Shown piece by piece: positions 47,120 to 53,328 of a DNA stretch of 53,328 nucleotides (position 1 is its first letter; every line of letters begins with the position of its first letter). Under the pieces are notes generated by a model. That model was given only the letters and a program-made list of their open reading frames with translations. It did not search any database and had not been told where the DNA came from. Origin of the DNA: an uncultured Gammaproteobacteria bacterium (GTDB lineage: Bacteria; Patescibacteriota; Microgenomatia; Levybacterales; UBA12049); contig OZ246394.1 of the NCBI GenBank assembly GCA_965230895.1, positions 778,627-831,954 on the forward strand. The letters are read 5' to 3'. A program made the position numbers and the translations under genes.

Positions 47120-49606
47120 GTGTACAATTATCAATTATTTACCAATTTAGATAGTATTCCTAATCTCTTGTTTTTTACTTTTCTTTTTTGTTTCATGATT
47201 GCTCTCATTTGTAAGCTAATATATATCTGGCTAAAAATTCGCTCAAATTACTCATTGCTTGAAGTTATTCCACCACATACAGCCAAACAAAGTCCTTTTG
47301 CGACTGAACAGTTTTTTACGACATTGCATTCGCTAATACAACAAAGGTCAACTATTGAAAAACTTCTTGGAACAAAAAAACTCATTGCACTTGAGATTGT
47401 CTCGAGTAAAAATAGTGGTATAAGATTTTTAGTACGAGTAGTACATGAAGATGCAGCAGTTATCAAGAAATATATACTCTCGTTACTTCCCGGCGCACAA
47501 ATTGCTGTTGTTAATGATTACCTACCAATATCAACACAAGATAACTGGCGTACAGTTACGCTCAAATTAGCAAAACATTTTTCTCATTCTCTTCAGGAGC
47601 AAATACATCTCACTCAGCATGATCCAATGACATATATTACCGGACAAATGACCAACCTTGAGAAAGATGAACTTATTGCTGTGCAATATATTCTCACACC
47701 GGCAACGAAGCAAAGTATTCGACCTGAACTACTTCTTAATCTAATTGCATTTATCATCCTTACACCAACAACACTTGTGAGTTGGCTTATATCCCATGAT
47801 AAGAAAACAGAAGCACTTCCATTTTGGCTGTTTGCTACAAAGAAACATGATAAGAAAGATATTAACGAAAAAGTACAGAAAGAACTCTTTACAGCGACCA
47901 TCAGACTGTATGTGACGCAAACGGCCAGACAGCACGTAACAACTCGTCTCAAAGGGCTTGTTACATCCTTTGCAAGTTTCCGAAGTGCGAACCAACAGGC
48001 ATTGCGTGTAAAGAAACTTTTGTCAATGTTTGCAGAGACTTCTTTGCTGAAAACAGTATTCTTTCTGCAACTGAAATATCGACTGCTTTCTCTAACAAAT
48101 AATCCTGTCCTTTCCACTTCAGAAGTTGCTGGGCTGTTTCATTTCCCAACAGCTTTGAATCAAACAGAAGATATTGTTAAAAGTAAATCCACTATTCTAC
48201 CTGCACCACTTAGTCTGAAAAGGACTGATAAACCATACGATATATTTTTTGCTCAGAATATTTTTGCTGAGACAGTAACTCCAATAGGTCTTACTAAAGA
48301 TGAAAGACGACGACATGTTTATGTTTTAGGAGCTACTGGAATGGGGAAGACAACACTTCTTGCAACAATGATCCGAGAAGATATTAAGAATGGTAAAGGT
48401 GTCTGTGTTATAGATCCTCATGGGAATTTAATTGAACAGATATTACCACTTATTCCAAAAGAGCGAGCAAAAGATGTCATTCTTTTTGACCCAGATGATA
48501 CTGAATTTCCTATTGGTCTCAATTTGCTTGCACTTCCAAAAAATCTTTCGAGTCAGGAGCTTCTACGCCAAAAAGAGCATGTCACGAGTAATCTCATTTC
48601 GGTTATTACAAAAATGTATGCTGCCCGCTTTACTGGGCCAAGAATGGAATATATTCTTCGAAATACGATTCTCACAGCACTTGAAACAGAGCAGCCAACA
48701 CTTTTTACTATCCAACAACTTCTTGTTGATGCCCCATATCGAAAAAAGGTTGTAGCAACACTCAAGAGCCCGATGCTAAAACTCTTCTGGACCAAAGAAT
48801 TTGCCCAAATGGGATCGTTCCAAAAAGCAGATGCAGTCGCACCAATTACGAACAAAATTGGTAAGTTTCTCACATCCTCCCTTGCAGCTAATATCCTCGG
48901 ACAAAAAGAAACAAAGCTTAATTTCTCAGATATTATGGATTCAAATAAAATCCTGTTGTGTGATCTCACAAAGGGGAATATAGGGGAGGATATGAGTACT
49001 ATGTTTGGTTCTCTCATTATTGCAGGAGTCCAACTTGCCGCACAGCGCAGGGCAAGAATTCCTGAAAAGCAAAGAGTGGATTTTTACTTATATATCGATG
49101 AATTCCAAAACTTCGCAACGAGCTCGTTTGCACAAATTATGAGTGAAGCAAGAAAGTATCGGCTCAATGCTATTTTGGCACATCAAACGATTGCCCAAAT
49201 AGAAGATCATGACTTGGTAAAAGTGATTCTTGCCAATACCGGAAGTATTATTAGTTTCCGAACTGGTGGACCACTTGATGAAGAATTTATCCTGCCATTC
49301 TTTGCACCCAATGTCGCCAAAAATGAAATCACCAATCTAACGCCATACCATTTTTATATGAAGATCAATAATGATACGCCGCAAGAGTGTTTTTCAGGAG
49401 AAACAATCTATCAAGAGATTCCAGAAAAGAGAGCATTCATCGACCAAATGAAAACCCACTCAAAAGAACAATACGCAAGTAATAAGAAACAAGTTGAACA
49501 AGAAATTCAGGAAACATTTCTGAATCAGACATCCATACCCAAACGATCAAAAGAGATAAAAAATACCATGAAAAAAGACTTACCAGAAGAGCAAATTCCA
49601 TACTAA
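47120..49606 (+). CDS. VirD4/TraG/TraD-like type IV coupling protein with a long N-terminal membrane extension
   Basis: Walker A GATGMGKTT, Walker B YLYIDEFQNF, RKYRLNAILAHQTIAQ. N-terminal ~370 aa with TM helices. GTG start as in the track is uncertain. Confidence 0.8.
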   Translation: MYNYQLFTNLDSIPNLLFFTFLFCFMIALICKLIYIWLKIRSNYSLLEVIPPHTAKQSPFATEQFFTTLHSLIQQRSTIEKLLGTKKLIALEIVSSKNSGIRFLVRVVHEDAAVIKKYILSLLPGAQIAVVNDYLPISTQDNWRTVTLKLAKHFSHSLQEQIHLTQHDPMTYITGQMTNLEKDELIAVQYILTPATKQSIRPELLLNLIAFIILTPTTLVSWLISHDKKTEALPFWLFATKKHDKKDINEKVQKELFTATIRLYVTQTARQHVTTRLKGLVTSFASFRSANQQALRVKKLLSMFAETSLLKTVFFLQLKYRLLSLTNNPVLSTSEVAGLFHFPTALNQTEDIVKSKSTILPAPLSLKRTDKPYDIFFAQNIFAETVTPIGLTKDERRRHVYVLGATGMGKTTLLATMIREDIKNGKGVCVIDPHGNLIEQILPLIPKERAKDVILFDPDDTEFPIGLNLLALPKNLSSQELLRQKEHVTSNLISVITKMYAARFTGPRMEYILRNTILTALETEQPTLFTIQQLLVDAPYRKKVVATLKSPMLKLFWTKEFAQMGSFQKADAVAPITNKIGKFLTSSLAANILGQKETKLNFSDIMDSNKILLCDLTKGNIGEDMSTMFGSLIIAGVQLAAQRRARIPEKQRVDFYLYIDEFQNFATSSFAQIMSEARKYRLNAILAHQTIAQIEDHDLVKVILANTGSIISFRTGGPLDEEFILPFFAPNVAKNEITNLTPYHFYMKINNDTPQECFSGETIYQEIPEKRAFIDQMKTHSKEQYASNKKQVEQEIQETFLNQTSIPKRSKEIKNTMKKDLPEEQIPY

Positions 49607-49707
49607 AAAGTGTCTATAACGTTACACACAAATAATGGTTAATATTGAGGCTATTATTTAAAAAAGTCTGTCACCCTATCCCTATAAAGAGAGATGAAAT
49701 AATATTT

Positions 49708-50478
49708 ATGCAAAATAAAGATATCACCAAAACGCAAAACAGCATCTTCTTCCTACTCTATAAATTCCGTTTCCTTCATACCAATCAAATCCAAAAACTA
49801 CTCAATCACAAATATAATACACGCATCAATACATGGCTTAACGACCTCACAAAACAAGAATACCTCCAAAGACAGTATGATACACGAACCATTATTAAAA
49901 AACCGGCAGTCTATACATTAACCAAAAAAGCCCGAACACTCTTAAAATCGAATAACAGCTATTCACTGGCAGCCTTAAATAAAATCTATCGTGAAAAACA
50001 CCGATCACAAACCTTTATTACTCATTGCCTGCTTATTGCAGATATCTATTTAACACTGCTATCAAAAAACGGGAAAGACGAAACTATCACGTTTGAGACA
50101 AAAAATACTCTCTCGGACTATGACTATTTCCCCCAAGACATACTTGACGCCTATATCGCCATCAAAAGCCCAACGAGCATCAATCGCTACTTCACAACCG
50201 TAATTGATCCTACTCCTCGTCTGTATATCGCAAAAGGCATTGTACGGCAGTATTTTACCTATTGGCAAAGTAGCAATTGGGAAGAGAACACCGATAAGCC
50301 CTTTCCTGCAATTCTTCTCATTTGCCCTGATGAAAAAGTGCAACGAATGCTGGGTTATTACATTGCCAAAACACTCCATGAAGAACAATCAGATATACAT
50401 TTTTACCTTTCAACATTCGAGGAGGTAAAAAAGAGAGGATTTGTCAATATAACCACCGCTGTAGTATCTTTGGGATAG
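49708..50478 (+). CDS. Replication-relaxation (Replic_Relax-like) family protein
   Basis: N-terminal winged-helix-like IFFLLYKFRFLHTNQIQKLL and the general layout of this family. Lies directly after the coupling protein. Family call from memory of the pattern, not from a search. Confidence 0.55.
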   Translation: MQNKDITKTQNSIFFLLYKFRFLHTNQIQKLLNHKYNTRINTWLNDLTKQEYLQRQYDTRTIIKKPAVYTLTKKARTLLKSNNSYSLAALNKIYREKHRSQTFITHCLLIADIYLTLLSKNGKDETITFETKNTLSDYDYFPQDILDAYIAIKSPTSINRYFTTVIDPTPRLYIAKGIVRQYFTYWQSSNWEENTDKPFPAILLICPDEKVQRMLGYYIAKTLHEEQSDIHFYLSTFEEVKKRGFVNITTAVVSLG

Positions 50479-50504
50479 TGGGGCATATAATCCATGCCCC
50501 ACTA
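50476..50504. terminator. Hairpin between convergent genes (11-bp stem)
   Basis: TAGTGGGGCAT-ataatcc-ATGCCCCACTA, starting at the stop codon of 49708-50478. Confidence 0.55.
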
Positions 50505-50520
50505 TTTCCACTATCCCTAG

Positions 50521-50955
50521 TTATCCTGTGTACGTTATTATATCGTCATAAATCTTACGTATGACGTAATCCATGCTTATGTCCTGTCCTTGTGTACACC
50601 GTCCCCACCAAATGCCATACTTGTTATCCAGAACCGGCTCACCTTCCGCTAACAGCTTTTTACTCAGCCAAGGTGAAACTAATCTCCATTCACAGATTTC
50701 CTGCGGCTGCTGATTTTCTTCGTAACATGCCTGACATTGGCCATTCTCACTATCTAAGCAGCTAAATTCACCTGAACAAATAACACATACTGCAGGAGAA
50801 AGTAATTGCCCATCAAATGGACGATAGAAATTTGAAACGTCATCAAGAAAAAATAGCTGCGTCCGAAACGCCTCTTCAACTAAAGCAGTCTGACAAACAC
50901 ATACTTCTCGCTCAAGCAATGCATATAAACTTTTCTCATGTTCCTTTATTGTCAT
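50521..50955 (-). CDS. Cys-rich hypothetical protein (zinc-ribbon-like CxxC..CxxC)
   Basis: Start at MTIKEHEK with SD GAAGGAGGTGAG. CVICSGEFSCLDSENGQCQAC. Visibly GC-richer than the surroundings. Confidence 0.5.
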   Translation of the reverse strand: MTIKEHEKSLYALLEREVCVCQTALVEEAFRTQLFFLDDVSNFYRPFDGQLLSPAVCVICSGEFSCLDSENGQCQACYEENQQPQEICEWRLVSPWLSKKLLAEGEPVLDNKYGIWWGRCTQGQDISMDYVIRKIYDDIITYTG

Positions 50956-51020
50956 ATTCTCACCTCCTTCCTTTTTAGTATTTAGGTATTGATACATGGG
51001 GAGCTTTCACTCCCCATGAG

Positions 51021-51365
51021 TTACATCTGAGTTCCATGCTCCCGAATATGCTGCCTTTTTACTTCTGAAAGCCTGCAGGGAGTAAAGTAGATATCCCGTT
51101 CTATTGGTAATCCTCTTATACCGATTGCTCCTTGTTTTGCTGTTTCTAACTGGCTGAGAGTGAAATAACCCAGTTCATCCTCAAAACCGACCACATAGCC
51201 ATAAAACAGAAAGTCATTATTATCTGTTTCCTCACCCTCCATCGCGTACCATGTCCATGACCCGACTGGATCAAAAAATTTACATATGACCATTGGATCT
51301 GCTTCATTTTCTTGCGAGTAGAGAGTCGGCATAGCGCTTATCATTTCTTCTGTAAGTAATTTCAT
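51021..51365 (-). CDS. DUF2958-like protein (typical of conjugative-element leading regions)
   Basis: Start at MKLLTEEM with SD AAAGGAGGTG. PTLYSQENEADPMVICKFFDPVGSWTWYAMEGE..FYGYVVGFEDELGYFTLSQLE pattern. Confidence 0.6.
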   Translation of the reverse strand: MKLLTEEMISAMPTLYSQENEADPMVICKFFDPVGSWTWYAMEGEETDNNDFLFYGYVVGFEDELGYFTLSQLETAKQGAIGIRGLPIERDIYFTPCRLSEVKRQHIREHGTQM

Positions 51366-51402
51366 TAATTCACCTCCTTTCTGCGTACCCATAATTTTTT
51401 GT

Positions 51403-51518
51403 CGTTGGGCGCCCGCGCCCGACGTACATGACAGCAGTCCAAGCGGGAAGTGAATTTGCAAGGGCGGCGTCTAGAGACGCCGTGCATTTACCCTTGCAAA
51501 GAGAAACCGAAGAGGTTT
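51403..51518 (-). other. GC-rich structured region (three hairpins) upstream of the DUF2958 gene
   Basis: 9-bp stem 51403-51424. Composite 17-bp stem 51455-51500 (TTTGCAAGGG/CCCTTGCAAA plus CGGCGTC/GACGCCG with an 8-nt bulge). 5-bp stem 51504-51518. Confidence 0.45.
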
Positions 51519-51603
51519 TTGAAAGATGCTTAATAAGAGTAAGATTGGCTAAATAAAAAAAGAAGAGTATAATGACGATTAAGTCTTAAAGCAGCCTAAA
51601 ACT

Positions 51604-51864
51604 ATGCCTAATACATCAATCAAGAATAAAGGATCTGAATGGAGAAAAGTGGATCTTCATGTTCACACACCCTCAACTAAACTTAATAATCAATACAAGC
51701 CAAATGGTGTTGATGTATGGGATAAATTCAGTGAAGAAATTGAAAAATCTGACGTAGCATGTATAGGCATAACCGATTACTATTCGGTAGATAACTACTT
51801 TACATTTATAGAAAAATTTAAAAGCAAATTCCCAACTTGCCTGCTTTTAATAACAGGCGATTAA
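51604..51864 (+). pseudogene. Truncated N-terminal PHP-domain fragment (of a large PHP-ATPase-type gene)
   Basis: WRKVDLHVHTPSTK..IGITDYYSV is the start of a PHP phosphoesterase domain. The ORF stops after 86 aa and no continuation exists in any frame. Confidence 0.5.
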
Positions 51865-51897
51865 AATATCATAAATAAAGTGATATACTATACACAT

Positions 51898-52110
51898 ATG
51901 GATAGCAAAGTTCAGAGAGAAGTTGGCAAAAAGCTTAAAGCAGTACGAGAAAAGAAGGATTTGACGCAAGTGGAAGTAGCAACGAAGGCAGACGTAAATG
52001 TAAATTATTACGCACGTATTGAACGGGGAGAAGAAAATCCCTCTCTTGATATCCTTCAGAGAATTATTAAAGCATTAAAAGTGAAGTCGTCCGAGATTTT
52101 ACCATTTTGA
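51898..52110 (+). CDS. XRE-family HTH regulator
   Basis: LKAVREKKDLTQVEVATKADVNVNYYARIERGEENP. The C-terminus ..EILPF parallels ..DLIPF of 46761-46988. Confidence 0.75.
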   Translation: MDSKVQREVGKKLKAVREKKDLTQVEVATKADVNVNYYARIERGEENPSLDILQRIIKALKVKSSEILPF

Positions 52111-52185
52111 GCGGGATTAATTTTGGTTATATTTCTCCATAAGATTGGTAACCCACTCTAAAAAGAGTTCGAAATAAAACTCATC

Positions 52186-52195
52186 GGGGTCACCA
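52186..52195 (+). repeat. Right copy of the 10-bp direct repeat GGGGTCACCA (candidate attR core)
   Basis: Exact match to the tRNA 3' end at 25521-25530. Confidence 0.5.
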
Positions 52196-52208
52196 GGAGT
52201 TCTAATTT

Positions 52209-52391
52209 CTACATGTATGCCTTAAATTTGTTGGCTATACCGCGTATCCCGATAATTAAGAAGAGAATACTTGCTACGAAACAGACAGCCATTTGTTCAG
52301 CTGTGCCTTGGTTATTACTTAAAATAAGTACCAGAACATCCAATAATGCGCCAATAATTGTCAAAATTATATAAAATCTTAATAAATTCAT
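52209..52391 (-). CDS. Small 2-TM membrane protein
   Basis: 60 aa with two hydrophobic helices. Confidence 0.4.
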   Translation of the reverse strand: MNLLRFYIILTIIGALLDVLVLILSNNQGTAEQMAVCFVASILFLIIGIRGIANKFKAYM

Positions 52392-52490
52392 ATGTAGTAT
52401 CTCGACATTTTATCAAAAAAATCTATTTTAGAGAATAAATATGAACTGAACTTGCAAAAGCTTAAATCACATCTATATGGCAAGATTTAT

Positions 52491-53328
52491 TTACAGAGGA
52501 TACGTGGTAATCCACAATTTACTGCCAGACCAGAGCTTGAGAGTATCACCGCTTCTGAACGGATACTGGTCCATCTTCACGCCAAAGGTATGCGATCCTG
52601 CTGAAAGATTTGGAATACAAAGATTCCTTCCAACTTCATAAGTTATACCTGCTGCAGAGAAAGGAGCGACAACTCCCCGAATTTGATAATCAGTACCATC
52701 AACAACCATACTATAAAGCATACCGGTAATTGCACTGACGGTGTCATTTTCCATCATAAGAGAGCTTTTAATACAGACATCGCTTGCCGTGGGGAGAGTC
52801 ACACTTCCAAAGTTTGCAATCGTACTTGTCGTTGTTGTTGTATCTGAACTAAGAGACAATTCAGTTACAGGTTTTGCCATAACCCACAATTTACTGCCAA
52901 CCCTAATCTTTATAGTGTCTCCACTTCTAAATGGAAACTGGTCAATATTTACACCAAATGTATGCGATCCTGCTGATAAATTTGGAATACAAAGATATCG
53001 AGGAACATCATTTGCGATACCTAGGTCAGAGAAAGACGCAGCAACTCCTCGAATTTGATATGATGTACCATCAACAACCATACTATAAAGCAAGCCTTTG
53101 CTATAGCTATCATTTTCTAAGCCCAGTGAGGCCATGATGCAGACATCACTTGCTGCAGGGAGAGTCACACTTCCAAAGTTCGCAGTTGTACTCGTTGTTG
53201 TTGTTGTGTCTGTACCAAGCGTTAACTCAGTAACAGGGTCTGTGGTAACCCAAAGTTTACTGTCCGCCCACATCTTGAGTGTATCACCAGTCCTGAAAGG
53301 ATACTGATCTATGTTGACTCCAAATGTA
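52491..53328 (-). CDS. Tandem-repeat beta-rich surface-type protein, C-terminal part (5' end beyond window)
   Basis: Units of about 122-124 aa: KLWV..PVTEL.L..DTTTTTST.ANFGSVTLP.ASDVCI..LYSMVVDGT.YQIRGV..CIPNLSAGSHTFGV..D.FPFRSGDT.K. The frame stays open to the window end. Confidence 0.6.
   Translation of the reverse strand, partial: TFGVNIDQYPFRTGDTLKMWADSKLWVTTDPVTELTLGTDTTTTTSTTANFGSVTLPAASDVCIMASLGLENDSYSKGLLYSMVVDGTSYQIRGVAASFSDLGIANDVPRYLCIPNLSAGSHTFGVNIDQFPFRSGDTIKIRVGSKLWVMAKPVTELSLSSDTTTTTSTIANFGSVTLPTASDVCIKSSLMMENDTVSAITGMLYSMVVDGTDYQIRGVVAPFSAAGITYEVGRNLCIPNLSAGSHTFGVKMDQYPFRSGDTLKLWSGSKLWITTYPL
52509..53328 (-). repeat. DNA-level tandem repeat, period 372/366 nt, at least 2.2 copies
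   Basis: Unit starts AA(T/C)CCA(C/A)A(A/G)(T/T)TTTACTG at 52509, 52881 and 53247. Confidence 0.7.

Larger units (their letters stand above)
25521..52195. mobile_element. Putative integrative conjugative element (~26.7 kb) inserted at the 3' end of tRNA-Glu
   Basis: Serine recombinase next to the tRNA, T4SS genes, coupling protein, Replic_Relax, metal-resistance cargo, and the flanking 10-bp direct repeat. The right boundary is inferred only from the repeat. Confidence 0.5.

Noticed and set aside
51441-51449. AAGCGGGAA, whose reverse complement resembles the tRNA-Glu T-arm (TTCCCGCT), considered as a possible att remnant.
   Set aside because: Only 8-9 nt, in inverted orientation relative to the tRNA, and inside a hairpin-rich region. 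The direct 10-mer at 52186-52195 is a better att candidate.
51366-51461. N-terminal extension of the DUF2958 ORF as given in the track (MQIHFPLGLL..). Similar upstream extensions occur for 44268-44711, 35293-35553, 37730-37918, 50521-50997 and 45914-46198.
   Set aside because: Internal ATGs preceded by clear SD sequences give proteins starting at the conserved domain. The extensions overlap hairpins or neighbouring genes.
278-53137. About 70 short ORFs (60-170 aa) in the track lie antisense to, or out of frame within, the long genes. Examples: 278-487, 715-990, 2890-3129, 5430-5720, 8327-8587, 17523-17726, 42173-42442, 47614-48117, 48553-49017, 52741-53058.
   Set aside because: They are entirely contained in confidently assigned larger CDSs and have low-complexity or odd composition with no motifs or SDs. 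I treat them as shadow ORFs.
1-53328. Possibility of an alternative genetic code (UGA recoding, as in some CPR lineages).
   Set aside because: Long uninterrupted ORFs with recognisable full-length domains are obtained with the standard code. TGA appears as a plausible stop (for example the XRE gene ending at 52108-52110).
1-53328. CRISPR arrays, rRNA genes, IS transposases.
   Set aside because: I saw no regularly spaced short repeats, no rRNA-like conserved segments, and no DDE or HUH transposase motifs in any listed ORF.

Overview
AT-rich bacterial window with compact, often overlapping genes. The gene content (many GT-C/GT2 envelope-glycosylation genes, a DUF5652-like peptide) suggests a Patescibacteria/CPR-type genome, but that is inference only because no database search was possible. 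All family calls rest on motifs read from the translations.

The window has two halves.

(1) 1-24.3 kb is an almost uninterrupted minus-strand array of about 22 surface-glycan genes: a DegT-type aminotransferase, GalE, 7 GT2, 2 GT4, 2 Wzx-like flippases and 8 polytopic GT-C-like (ArnT/PMT/DUF2029-like) membrane proteins. A NUDIX gene and a hypothetical gene follow.

(2) 25.45-52.2 kb starts at tRNA-Glu(CUC), which is immediately followed by what I interpret as a ~26.7 kb integrative conjugative element. Its parts are:
- a large serine recombinase whose 3' end reads through the tRNA on the opposite strand;
- a minimal Gram-positive-style T4SS (VirB2-, VirB6-, VirB3-like proteins, VirB4, an M23 hydrolase);
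- a ~12 kb copper / thiol-redox / sortase cargo (CsoR, CopA, CopZ, four cupredoxin-like domains, DUF305, DsbA, sortase, a BlaI/BlaR1-like pair);
- XRE regulators, a VirD4-like coupling protein and a Replic_Relax protein;
- a visibly GC-richer 'leading-region-like' module (DUF2958, a Cys-rich protein, GC-rich hairpins).

A 10-bp direct repeat GGGGTCACCA (25521-25530 and 52186-52195) is a candidate att core. The window ends in a tandem-repeat Thr-linker protein.

No rRNA, CRISPR array or transposase was seen.

The most interesting candidates are the split-C-terminus recombinase/att arrangement, the conjugative element itself, a shared TACTACAC-N-(G/C)TGTAG operator at two cargo promoters together with a CsoR-type box, a BlaR1-like protease with a Cys/His tail instead of a penicillin-binding sensor, and a terminator-like hairpin in the leader of the T4SS operon.
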